Shown in pieces: positions 1-8,851 of a DNA stretch of 35,937 nt (within the stretch, counting starts at the first letter, position 1; each line of letters starts with the position of its first letter). This DNA comes from a virus (taxonomy: Duplodnaviria; Caudoviricetes): positions 1 to 35,937 of the IMG/VR virus record IMGVR_UViG_3300032303_002215; one strand, given 5' to 3'. Both the position numbers and the translations under genes were made by a program. The notes under the pieces are model-generated. The model saw only the letters and a program-made list of their open reading frames with translations. It was not told the DNA's origin and did not search any database.

Positions 1-2145
1 CCATGGGATAGGACGGATACGACGCCACATAGCATCATCAGTAATCATTGGTCGGTGGTTTGTGGTAATCCATAGCTTAGCTTGAGCCTTGAACGTAAAT
101 GGCTTTTCACCAGGAGAACGTGCCGAGATTTCAGAAGAACCAGTCAACTTTTTAACTGCGTTTTCCTTGATACGCTCTGACTCAGGCAACTCGTCAACCC
201 ACACCATACGACGACCACGAAGTTCCGCCCAGTGGTAAAGATCAGTAGAGGACGTTTGTCCACCGTTATCAGCAAGAATGCTTGAATCAAGAGGCCAAGC
301 ATACTGCTGGGTACCGAGAGCTTTAACAAGTGCCTCAACAAAAGTATTTTTACCTGAACCAGGAGGTCCGTATACAAGGAACATAAGGTCTTGGTTGTTG
401 AGACCAGTAAGCGTGTAGCCAACTGCACGCTGAATCCAGTCTTGAAGTTCTTTATCTCCACCAGTTGCAAAGTCTACAAACTGTTCCCATCGGATGTTAC
501 GCATACCAGGAGTATATGATACAGGAACACGCTTTGTAATATGAAGATCGGGACGACCTCGCATAAGCTCACCAGTTCGAAGATTGATAACACCATTCAT
601 GACACCAAGGAGATACTCATCGCCGTCCCATGATTCCACAGGGACAACGACACGAGGATCGGAGTTTGCACTCTCAACCGCAGAGTTCAAACGTCCATTA
701 CTCTTTGCTTGATTAGCCCACTTGAGAACTTCATTCTTTTTGTCTTGGTCTTCATACTTAGCAACCTCGGTGGCAATAATTGGAGGGATTCGCTTAGCAA
801 GTTCTTTCATACCAAGGTCTTCGGCATCTGGCTTCCAGTACTGACCTTCCCAGATAAACCAACCAATTCCAGGAGTGTATCGAACTGAAGAACCAAATGA
901 GTCAATCATTCGTCGTCCATTACCAATATCAGTCAGTGAGCGCTTACCTGGAGTTCCACCCTCATACTCAGAGATAGCATCAGGGTCTTTAGGAATATCT
1001 ACGTTGCCACCGCTAAACGCCTCATCAATAGATGAGCCACTATGTGCCGCATCGGCAACTGCAGCACCAATAGTCCCAAGAAGTTGAATAGAGGGGTCAT
1101 CATGCTGCTCGGCAACTTGAGCAGCGGTAGCTCGAGCCTCAGCCTGGTTATTTTTTGCCCAATCCTGAGCACCTGGCCACAGCATATCCCCAACAGGGTT
1201 GTTAGCAACAAAATCAATTGCACGACGAACGTGCATGAGAAGCCCGCCCTGACCCTCAAGTTCGAGAGGTGGGCGAACCTTTTCGTGGTTGAAGCGAATC
1301 ATCAAAGTTTCGACTGCAAGCTTTCCAGCCTCCGAGTCAACATTCATTTTGTTAGCAATTGCACATGTAAGTTTGTAAACGTCTACTGCACGGGAACCCT
1401 CATCAATTCCCTCTTCCAAAAACTTGTTGATATCAACTCGGTCGTCACCACCAAGATCTCCAAGCCAGCTCCAGTCACCGGTACCAAGAGATGTCCCAGT
1501 TCTACCACTTCCTCTGCGCTTGCGGAGTGCTTCGAGCAATTCTTCGGGTGCTTCTGCCATCTCAACTTCCCAAGGAGCACAGCCAGCGGCCCAATCATAA
1601 GTAACACCAGATCCGTGACGGCTAGGAGCAACCATGACATAGCCGTTGTGCTTAATATCAATGCCAGGAAGACCGAAAGACTTGAGATTACCTACAAAAT
1701 TTTCCCCATCTTGAACACGAAAATAGATATGACGTCCACGGTTCTGCACTCCCTGATAGGTATAAACACCAGTAAATGCTTCAACAGTCTTAGGAAGTTC
1801 AATCCCAATCATATCTTTAAACTTTTCAAAAGAATCAATACCATCTGAACGAGGGTCGACGTCGATAACAATAAATCCAGACCGCTGACAGTGAACACCA
1901 ATGTTATTCTCTGGATTACGTTCCCACCACGCGGAGACAGTCTCAACGTCATCAGTAGATCGAGTGGTCCACTCGCCAATCATTGGGTGCTTACCAATGT
2001 CTTTAGGCTCTGCGTGTACACCATTACATGTGCATCGTCCGCCATCTGTAATTCCAAAACACGGAAGAATCTTCCATCCCTGCTGAGCGTACCACTCAGA
2101 ACCACGCGCTAGCTTTTCCGTATGCGTCGTTTTAGCAGATGTCAT
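1..2145 (-). CDS. Bifunctional primase-polymerase (Prim-Pol) fused to D5/P4-type SF3 helicase, 3' truncated by window edge
   Basis: Absent from the ORF track because there is no stop in the window. Manual translation from ATG 2145 (preceded by AAGGGAGG) is open to base 1: MTSAKTTHTEKLARGSEWYAQQGWKILPC...GKHP...NIGV...IVIDVDPR...GRHIYF...IDIKHNGYVMVAPSRH (Prim-Pol). It continues with TDIGNGRR (D5_N), GPPGSGKNT (Walker A), VWVDE (Walker B) and TTNHRP..DDAMWRR (SF3 motif C). Confidence 0.95.
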   Translation of the reverse strand, partial: MTSAKTTHTEKLARGSEWYAQQGWKILPCFGITDGGRCTCNGVHAEPKDIGKHPMIGEWTTRSTDDVETVSAWWERNPENNIGVHCQRSGFIVIDVDPRSDGIDSFEKFKDMIGIELPKTVEAFTGVYTYQGVQNRGRHIYFRVQDGENFVGNLKSFGLPGIDIKHNGYVMVAPSRHGSGVTYDWAAGCAPWEVEMAEAPEELLEALRKRRGSGRTGTSLGTGDWSWLGDLGGDDRVDINKFLEEGIDEGSRAVDVYKLTCAIANKMNVDSEAGKLAVETLMIRFNHEKVRPPLELEGQGGLLMHVRRAIDFVANNPVGDMLWPGAQDWAKNNQAEARATAAQVAEQHDDPSIQLLGTIGAAVADAAHSGSSIDEAFSGGNVDIPKDPDAISEYEGGTPGKRSLTDIGNGRRMIDSFGSSVRYTPGIGWFIWEGQYWKPDAEDLGMKELAKRIPPIIATEVAKYEDQDKKNEVLKWANQAKSNGRLNSAVESANSDPRVVVPVESWDGDEYLLGVMNGVINLRTGELMRGRPDLHITKRVPVSYTPGMRNIRWEQFVDFATGGDKELQDWIQRAVGYTLTGLNNQDLMFLVYGPPGSGKNTFVEALVKALGTQQYAWPLDSSILADNGGQTSSTDLYHWAELRGRRMVWVDELPESERIKENAVKKLTGSSEISARSPGEKPFTFKAQAKLWITTNHRPMITDDAMWRRIRPIPW

Positions 2146-2227
2146 CTGTACCTCCCTTGGTAACTAAAATACTAAACCCTAGGCTGAAATAACTCAAGAC
2201 AAATAGTCAAGTGTTCGGATTATTGCT

Positions 2228-2256
2228 AGTGTAGCGCGCCTAGGGCTAATCACCAA
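2228..2256 (-). promoter_or_regulatory. Putative SigA-like promoter for primase-helicase
   Basis: Minus strand reads TTGGTG-17 bp-TACACT in the divergent intergenic region, with the same layout as the element at 2650-2678. Confidence 0.45.
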
Positions 2257-2314
2257 ATCCGGGTTGTTGTACAATTATATCAAGCAATCTAAGCTTTTAT
2301 TTTTAGGATAATCT

Positions 2315-2644
2315 GTGGCTCTTGAGTGGGTTTTTACCACCGCAGCAGTGATCACCGCAATTGGTGTTATTGTTGGCGGTATTGTTGCTATTTATAGATT
2401 AGCACACACTATCAACAAATCTATTGGACTTGATGAAAATGGAAGAACAATTTCTGAAAGACTTAACAAGGTTGAGCACCAGCTCTGGGAAAATGGTGGA
2501 ACCTCACTTGCTGATAGAGTAAATACAATTGAGTCACATGCAATAAAAACGACGGCAGAGTTAGAGATTATTAAAGACATTTTAATTGGAGCGCAATCAG
2601 TAGCCTCTCCAGTACGCAAGCCACGCGCCAAAAAAGCTAGCTAG
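2315..2644 (+). CDS. Small membrane protein, DUF2746-like (holin-associated type in actinophages)
   Basis: N-terminal hydrophobic helix (VFTTAAVITAIGVIVGGIVAIY), NGGTSLADRV motif and basic C-terminus. GTG start after AGGA. Confidence 0.6.
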   Translation: MALEWVFTTAAVITAIGVIVGGIVAIYRLAHTINKSIGLDENGRTISERLNKVEHQLWENGGTSLADRVNTIESHAIKTTAELEIIKDILIGAQSVASPVRKPRAKKAS

Positions 2645-2649
2645 TTTCT

Positions 2650-2678
2650 TTGGTTTTTAGCGTTCTATGCGCTACTAT
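2650..2678 (+). promoter_or_regulatory. Putative SigA-like promoter for the plus-strand operon
   Basis: TTGGTT-17 bp-TACTAT, followed by an AAGGAG RBS before ATG 2716. Confidence 0.5.
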
Positions 2679-2715
2679 GTAATAACGACGTATTTACACA
2701 TTAAGGAGCTACGTT

Positions 2716-2988
2716 ATGTCTCTTTCAGAACGACTGACTTTGGTCAGTAATAAAGAGAAAAAAATAACCCTCTGCAAGCTGGGTGAATTGATGGCCGGAA
2801 CTAGTCTACAGACTGAGGACCGAGACCAACTCATTTCAGCAGTTATGACACCGAGCGGAGACTCTCGACGTATCTCAAGTGCCGCTCTAGCGTTTGTCCT
2901 TTCGGAAGAAGGCTACCTTGTGTCTGCTACTTCGATTACAAATCATCGACTAAAGCGCTGCTCGTGCTTTAAGGGAGGAACTGAGTAA
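2716..2988 (+). CDS. Hypothetical protein, possible Zn-binding/HTH-like
   Basis: Strong RBS. N-terminal Cys plus C-terminal H-x4-CSC. TAATG-coupled to the next gene. Confidence 0.7.
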   Translation: MSLSERLTLVSNKEKKITLCKLGELMAGTSLQTEDRDQLISAVMTPSGDSRRISSAALAFVLSEEGYLVSATSITNHRLKRCSCFKGGTE

Positions 2989-4184
2989 TGGGTCTTTCTG
3001 ATAAACTCACAAACTTAGTATCACCTGGCCAGTCTGGGTCTGATGTACGCGCACTTAACACTCCCGAGGCATGGCGTCCTAGGATGGAAATTGGAGCAGA
3101 CGGCGGATACATTATATCTAGCCCACGCAAAGCTGGAGAAATTCCAGATGCAATAGAAATTTTAAAAGAGTTTAATCTTGACCCCAACTCTTGGCGAGTT
3201 ATCTCAGTAAGAAAGTCTCGTTGGCAGACATACAACGGAGAGTGGCTTGAAGCAGCTCGAATCTCTCTTGCACCTGCAGACGTATATTTTGGTGACCAGC
3301 TTGATGTCGAAGAACTTATTGATGAAATTAAAAAATGGCGTCCAGAGCGTGGAGCTAAGGCCTCTACAGGAAGTGGAGCATATTTGCTCTCACCAAGCGA
3401 CCAGCAGATTGGTAAAAAATCTGGAGCGGGTGGTACGGATCTTTCAGTGGAACGAATTCTCCAGCTCACTGGAGCCTCAGTTAGCAAATTTGAAGCGTAT
3501 AAAAAGATGGGCCTTGATCTTGGCACAATTGTTCTTGCGCTTCCTGGAGACCATGTTGAGGGAAACGTTTCTCAAAATGGGCGTCTTCAAGGGCAAGCCG
3601 CATCTGATCTCGGTATGACCGAGCAGATCCGTGTTGCACGTCGACTACTTATGGCTCAAATTAAAGCACATGCACCTCTTGCAGAAAAAATGATTGTCCC
3701 TGTAGTTAACGGAAACCACGACGAAGTAACTCGTCAGGTAGTTGTAGACCCTGCTGACGGCTGGAACGTTGAGATTGCTTCGGCAGTTCAGGATGCTTGT
3801 GCTGAGAATCCTGCCCTACAACACGTTGAGTTCCGATTCCCTGCTTCTGGGCATCAAACACTTACCGTTGATGTTGACGGATGTATGCTTGGAATATTCC
3901 ACGGACATCAAGCTGGACGCGACGTCACTAAGTATCTTTCTGGACAAGCAGCAGGTCAGACTGCGCTTGGTGGGGCAGACGTCTGGATTTCTGGACACTT
4001 TCACAACTTTAAAAGTATGGACATTGGCGAGCGCCTCTGGGTTCAATGCCCAACCACAGACCCAGGCTCCGACTGGTTCCGCGATCGCTCAGGTATGTCT
4101 TCAAAGCCAGGTCTTTTGACAATGGTTATTGGTGGGGACTACGCCCCTCGAGAGTTTATCAGCGTCATTCCAACGAGTATCTAA
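2988..4184 (+). CDS. Calcineurin-like metallophosphoesterase (Mre11/SbcD-like nuclease family of actinophages)
   Basis: Motifs SDQQIG, GDHVEG, GNHD, HGH and GHFH in the canonical order. Confidence 0.85.
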   Translation: MGLSDKLTNLVSPGQSGSDVRALNTPEAWRPRMEIGADGGYIISSPRKAGEIPDAIEILKEFNLDPNSWRVISVRKSRWQTYNGEWLEAARISLAPADVYFGDQLDVEELIDEIKKWRPERGAKASTGSGAYLLSPSDQQIGKKSGAGGTDLSVERILQLTGASVSKFEAYKKMGLDLGTIVLALPGDHVEGNVSQNGRLQGQAASDLGMTEQIRVARRLLMAQIKAHAPLAEKMIVPVVNGNHDEVTRQVVVDPADGWNVEIASAVQDACAENPALQHVEFRFPASGHQTLTVDVDGCMLGIFHGHQAGRDVTKYLSGQAAGQTALGGADVWISGHFHNFKSMDIGERLWVQCPTTDPGSDWFRDRSGMSSKPGLLTMVIGGDYAPREFISVIPTSI

Positions 4185-4597
4185 TGGCAATAGTTTACAC
4201 TGGAGGTACGTTTGACTTGTTCCATAGCGGGCACGTCAACCTTCTTCGGCGCTGCTCTGAAATTGGAGAAGTTGTAGTTGCCCTCAATACCGACGAGTTT
4301 ATTGAAAAATATAAAGGTAAGCCGCCAGTATTGTCATACCACGAGCGCGAGTCGGTACTTCGTGCTTGTCGATACGTAGACGACGTAGTTCCTAATATTG
4401 GTGGACATGACTCAAAGATTTCAATAGATCTTGTTAAGCCAGATTACATTGTTATTGGGTCGGACTGGGCTCGCAGAGACTACTACTCTCAAATGCAGTT
4501 TGACCAAGACTGGTTAGATGCTCGGGAAATCGGACTTATTTATATTCCATACACAAAAGAAATTTCGTCTACGGATATTAAACAACGTTTAAAATGA
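4184..4597 (+). CDS. tagD: Glycerol-3-phosphate cytidylyltransferase-like (TagD family)
   Basis: True start is likely ATG 4184 (TAATG overlap), not 4046. Motifs GGTFDLFHSGH (HxGH), RYVDDVV, GSDW and YTKEISST match the TagD signatures. Exact substrate unknown. Confidence 0.88.
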   Translation: MAIVYTGGTFDLFHSGHVNLLRRCSEIGEVVVALNTDEFIEKYKGKPPVLSYHERESVLRACRYVDDVVPNIGGHDSKISIDLVKPDYIVIGSDWARRDYYSQMQFDQDWLDAREIGLIYIPYTKEISSTDIKQRLK

Positions 4598-5283
4598 CTA
4601 TACAAATTACCGTTGCATCTAATATATATAGAGAAGATCTTGAAAAATTAGAGTATCCGTATTTTGAAGATGTACGACATGACTTTTATAAAGTGAAGGG
4701 GCTACCTGGACCAGCGCTAACGTGGTCAGAGTATGCTCAGTTTTTCAACTCATTTCCATTAGATAAAGACATTGAGACGTACGGACTAGTGCACTACAGA
4801 TGCGCACTAAACTTTGAGTCTGATCAAACTGCAATGAAATACGCGGAGAGAGACGAGTTTTTTAAACGACAGCCCGAGCATTTTGAAGACTACAAAAATA
4901 AAATTATTATTGGGAATAAGTTACAACTAGGAATTACGGCATGGGAGCAATACTGCTCACCAAGTGAACATGCAGCAAATATCCCTATTATGGAAAAAGC
5001 CTGTGAAAAATTTTATGAAATTACTAGTTACGATGCAAAGCAGCATCTTCAATCTGTTGATTATTTATACTCAAGAAACATTTTTATCTCTCCAGTAAAT
5101 TTTGCTTCTAGATGGTATAAAATAGCATTAGAGATTGCTACGTATATGAATCTACTAGACTCACCGCATAAGACAAATGACCGGTGGGGGGCATTCATTT
5201 TAGAGAGACTATTCTCTGTGTACATCTCATTTGAGCGTGAATATGAAATTGTAGAGAGGCCGTTGGTATTTTTTACCGACTAA
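4594..5283 (+). CDS. DUF4422-like glycosyltransferase
   Basis: YGLVHYR, NIFI and RWGAFILERLFSVY resemble the DUF4422 motifs (GlxHYRR ... NMFI ... R..gFlsERL). ATGA overlap with the upstream gene. Confidence 0.65.
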   Translation: MTIQITVASNIYREDLEKLEYPYFEDVRHDFYKVKGLPGPALTWSEYAQFFNSFPLDKDIETYGLVHYRCALNFESDQTAMKYAERDEFFKRQPEHFEDYKNKIIIGNKLQLGITAWEQYCSPSEHAANIPIMEKACEKFYEITSYDAKQHLQSVDYLYSRNIFISPVNFASRWYKIALEIATYMNLLDSPHKTNDRWGAFILERLFSVYISFEREYEIVERPLVFFTD

Positions 5284-5287
5284 AAAT

Positions 5288-5800
5288 ATGAAGAAAGCCA
5301 TAGTTATTGCTACGTCCAATGGACGAGAGGATTGGGTAAAGGACTGCCTTGCATCAATACGCGTTCCTATTCCCGTAATTGTTGTATCTACTGGAGGATA
5401 CGAACTAGGAAAAATTCAGTGGGTACTAGAAAATACTGATATTGATCGATTTATTTTTTTACAAGATAGTGTTGTAGTTAGAAATAATGAACTACTTATG
5501 AGTCTTTTTGATTATGAAGGTTCCGTATGTATTATGGACGACCCAGATTGCTTCGGCTCATTTATGGGACTCTACGAAAGATCAATACTAGATAGTATTG
5601 AGATCCCTAAAGTTGATAGCAAAGAAGAGTCAATTAAACAGGAGTGGTTATGGACAAAGACATATGTTAAAGCCTGTGTAAATCATATTCATCCAATATC
5701 TGTTCGACACAAGGTCTTAGACACAGTCTACAAAAACGGAAGAGAAAATAGACTTTATGTCAATGACATATACGAAAAGTGGAAAGGGACGTGGATGTAA
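5288..5800 (+). CDS. Small GT-A-like glycosyltransferase (RgpF-like motifs)
   Basis: N-terminal IVIAT..GR..W...CL.S, then GYELG and FIFLQDS. Located within the glycosyltransferase operon. Confidence 0.55.
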   Translation: MKKAIVIATSNGREDWVKDCLASIRVPIPVIVVSTGGYELGKIQWVLENTDIDRFIFLQDSVVVRNNELLMSLFDYEGSVCIMDDPDCFGSFMGLYERSILDSIEIPKVDSKEESIKQEWLWTKTYVKACVNHIHPISVRHKVLDTVYKNGRENRLYVNDIYEKWKGTWM

Positions 5801-7536
5801 TGAAAGTAGCAATATATACAATTGCACTCAATGAGGAGCAATTTGTAGAGCGTTGGTACGAGAGTGCAAAAGACGCAGACTACCTACTTATTGCAGACAC
5901 TGGCTCAAATGATAGGACGGTAGAACTTGCAAAAAAATTCGGTATTAACATCATTGATATCAGTGTTAAACCTTGGCGCTTTGATGATGCTAGGAATGCT
6001 GCTCTTGCTGCTCTACCTTCTGACATGGACTATTGTATTTCTCTTGATATGGACGAGCTCCTTGCTTCAGGCTGGCGTAAAGAGCTTGATAAAGCTTATA
6101 AAAATAAATTAACCAGGCCAAGGTATCGCTACATTTGGAACTTTAACGCAGATGGAACTCCTGGAATTGAATTTGGGGGCGATCACATCCACCTTAGACA
6201 TAACTATCGATGGAAAACTCCGGTACATGAGATTGTTGTTCCAGATAGGCTTGAAGAGATTGTAGGCTGGATTGATCTAGAAATCCACCACAAAGCTGAC
6301 GCATCAAAGTCTCGAGGTCAATACCTACCCCTACTAAAACTTTCAGTAGACGAGGATCCGTATAACGATAGAAATGCTTTCTATTATGCTCGAGAGTTGT
6401 TTTTTCACAATATGTACGCAGAAGCAGCTGTAGAATTTGAGCGTCATTTAAGTTTACCGTCAGCTAGATGGGGAGCAGAGAGGGCTGCATCTTACCGTTA
6501 CTTAGCAAAATGTGAACCAAAAAACGCAGAAAGCCACTTAAATAATGCCATTTCAGAGGATCCTCAACGGAGAGAAGCTAGAGTAGAACTTTCAAAATTT
6601 TATTATGAAAAAGGAGATTGGGCGTTGTGCTACACCCAAGCAATAACAGCGCTAAGCATTAAGGAAAAACCAATGGACTACCTTTGTGAAGATTTTGCAT
6701 GGCAGTGGCTGCCGCATGACCTTGCCTGCATCTCTTCCTGGTGGCTTGGCAAGCATAAAGAATCGCTAGACCATGAATTAGAAGCACTAAGACACGCACC
6801 AAATGACAAACGAATGATGGATAATTTCAAACTAATGGTTAGAGAAGTACACAATGAAAAAATTACGGTAGCTATTCCTAGCAAGTCTAACTTTGATGGA
6901 GCACTTAAAGTAATTGAATCACTAAAGCAAGATAATCAAGTTGTAGAAATTGTACTTATTGCAGACGGAGAAGAGTCTTATAAAAAGTACAAAAAACTTT
7001 TAGCTAAGTCTGGCGTAACTCTTATTTATGTTAAAGAAGAGTCTGGTATTCACGCAATGTGGAACGCAGGAATTGGCATTGCAAGAAAAAACGAAACAGC
7101 GCTACTGCTAGTCAATGATGACCTAAACCTTGATGAAGGGACTGCTGGAACTCTTGCATCGCTACTTGACTACAATAAAAACATTAGCCTTTTGTCAGCT
7201 GGGTATGACGCTAAACCTTTCAATACACCCGTATATAAAGTGGCCAGTAATGCTAGAGGCTGGTACAAGCAGGATGACGGCCTTGCTGGTTGCTGCATGG
7301 CGCTGTCAGCAGACTTAGTTCAAGTCTACAACTTTGATGAGAATCTTAAGTGGTGGTTTGGAGATGACGACATTGTAAACTGGTGCGAGGACAACGCCTA
7401 CGGAGTGGGAATCACCAACCTTGTGGAGTACCAAGACAACACCTCGTACACAACATTAAATGACCCACCAAAAAACTTTAAAAAAATTACAGAAAATGAC
7501 AGAAAAACTTTTGAAAAGAAATGGAACATAAAATGA
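5800..7536 (+). CDS. GT2 glycosyltransferase-TPR-second GT2 domain fusion
   Basis: Start likely ATG 5800 (TAATG). Motifs IALNEE, ADTGSND, F..ARN..L, LDMDE and VHE (SunS/GT2-TPR type), then TPR-like helices, then a second GT-A domain (AIPSK, MWN.G, NDD, WFGDDD). Confidence 0.88.
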   Translation: MKVAIYTIALNEEQFVERWYESAKDADYLLIADTGSNDRTVELAKKFGINIIDISVKPWRFDDARNAALAALPSDMDYCISLDMDELLASGWRKELDKAYKNKLTRPRYRYIWNFNADGTPGIEFGGDHIHLRHNYRWKTPVHEIVVPDRLEEIVGWIDLEIHHKADASKSRGQYLPLLKLSVDEDPYNDRNAFYYARELFFHNMYAEAAVEFERHLSLPSARWGAERAASYRYLAKCEPKNAESHLNNAISEDPQRREARVELSKFYYEKGDWALCYTQAITALSIKEKPMDYLCEDFAWQWLPHDLACISSWWLGKHKESLDHELEALRHAPNDKRMMDNFKLMVREVHNEKITVAIPSKSNFDGALKVIESLKQDNQVVEIVLIADGEESYKKYKKLLAKSGVTLIYVKEESGIHAMWNAGIGIARKNETALLLVNDDLNLDEGTAGTLASLLDYNKNISLLSAGYDAKPFNTPVYKVASNARGWYKQDDGLAGCCMALSADLVQVYNFDENLKWWFGDDDIVNWCEDNAYGVGITNLVEYQDNTSYTTLNDPPKNFKKITENDRKTFEKKWNIK

Positions 7537-8318
7537 CCAAAGAACTAGTAGACACTTTTATTCAAGATCTTGAGCTAGACCCCAGCAACCAACGAGCATT
7601 TGTTTCGTTAAAAGTTGCACTTCTAAAAACATATAACGAAAAAGTGACTGCAATTATTCCCAGTAAGTCAAACACTAGCGGACTAATTACAGTAGTCGAG
7701 TCACTAATGACTGACTCTGCAGTTGAACAAATTGTCGTAGTAGCGGATGGAAATGAGGCACTTGAGCGCTATAGAGAGCTTATGTATCAATATCCAAAAG
7801 TATTGCTTACGCATGTCAGACTTGGCTCTGGGATCCATGTAATGTGGAACATAGGATTAAACATTGCTAGAGGTCATGGAAACACACCTATTTTTATCAA
7901 CGATGATATCATTCCGGGGCCAAACTCTTGCGGTCTTTTGGCTGCGCTTCTAGCTCACAATAGTGAGTACGGAGTAATTTGCCCAGACTATGACGGAAGA
8001 GTTTTTACTGAACTAGTCCACCCTGTATCTGAAGTTTGCGGGGCTCGTTATGACGGAACTGGTGGTCTTGGTGGGTTTTTTATGGCACTAAATAAAAACC
8101 TAGCTAAAGAATTCACTTTTGATGAAAGAATGAAGTGGTACTACGGAGACGATGACATCATGCGTTGGTGTAAATCAAAAGATTGTATTGCTGGGATTGC
8201 AAGAGTAGCAACCTGCAGAGGGAACACATCATTCACAATTATCCACGACCGGCCAGAGAATTTTAACGAAGATACAATGAATGATGAAAGAATCTTTAGA
8301 GCAAAGTGGGGACTTTAG
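7533..8318 (+). CDS. GT2-like glycosyltransferase, paralog of the C-terminal domain of the upstream gene
   Basis: ATGA overlap at 7533. Motifs IIPSKSN, GIHVMWNIG, INDD and WYYGDDD. Confidence 0.8.
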   Translation: MTKELVDTFIQDLELDPSNQRAFVSLKVALLKTYNEKVTAIIPSKSNTSGLITVVESLMTDSAVEQIVVVADGNEALERYRELMYQYPKVLLTHVRLGSGIHVMWNIGLNIARGHGNTPIFINDDIIPGPNSCGLLAALLAHNSEYGVICPDYDGRVFTELVHPVSEVCGARYDGTGGLGGFFMALNKNLAKEFTFDERMKWYYGDDDIMRWCKSKDCIAGIARVATCRGNTSFTIIHDRPENFNEDTMNDERIFRAKWGL

Positions 8319-8851
8319 AAACCTTCAAGAGTTTCTTTGTCTTTAGCTATTTTTGCAATTCTTGCAGCTTCAATTTCTTTTTTTAGCTTCTTCTCAGCAA
8401 CTATATTATGGTAGGCATTTACGGCATTTGAGCTTGTACGACTTCTCCAAATAAACTGACACTCATTACACTTAACAAGACGCACTGTTGTCCATCGACC
8501 GCCATTCGGATTTTCCGCAATATATGGATCTAAACTCTTAGTTGTGGCCCCACAGTTTAGACACTGAGGATATCTATCTCTACGAATCTCTACTCCGTCA
8601 GAGTTTACAGAGAGAGTTCTACGAATCTGGTGCTCATCTTTACCTCCCCAGATTCCCCAAATCATATTATTTTCTAGGGCCCACTTAGTACACTCTTTAC
8701 GTACTGGACATGCTGCACAAATACCTTTAGCAATAGACTTTTCTTTCGGGTCCTCGGAAAAGAAAAAATCTTGAGCGCCTCTGTTTTCTTTTTTAGCGCA
8801 CTCGCCTTCTATTTGCCAATCTTGACTTTTACTTGGTTCCCATTCACTCAC
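8315..8851 (-). CDS. whiB: WhiB-family transcription factor with C-terminal Zn-ribbon
   Basis: W...C-x..-CAACPVRKEC...GIWGG WhiB signature, plus extra CLNC...CNEC. Confidence 0.92.
   Translation of the reverse strand: MSEWEPSKSQDWQIEGECAKKENRGAQDFFFSEDPKEKSIAKGICAACPVRKECTKWALENNMIWGIWGGKDEHQIRRTLSVNSDGVEIRRDRYPQCLNCGATTKSLDPYIAENPNGGRWTTVRLVKCNECQFIWRSRTSSNAVNAYHNIVAEKKLKKEIEAARIAKIAKDKETLEGF

Noticed and set aside
144-1661. Minus-strand ORFs 144..470, 999..1259 and 1383..1661
   Set aside because: Off-frame overlaps within the continuous 1..2145 gene.
875-2112. Plus-strand ORFs including the 268-aa 1042..1848
   Set aside because: Antisense shadows of the primase-helicase, with no RBS or recognisable motifs.
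2178-2245. Inverted repeat CCCTAGGC ... GCCTAGGG
   Set aside because: Only 8-bp arms about 50 nt apart. Insufficient to call an origin or ncRNA.
4046-4183. N-terminal extension of the cytidylyltransferase in the ORF track
   Set aside because: It overlaps the phosphoesterase. The TagD fold begins at the TAATG-coupled ATG 4184.
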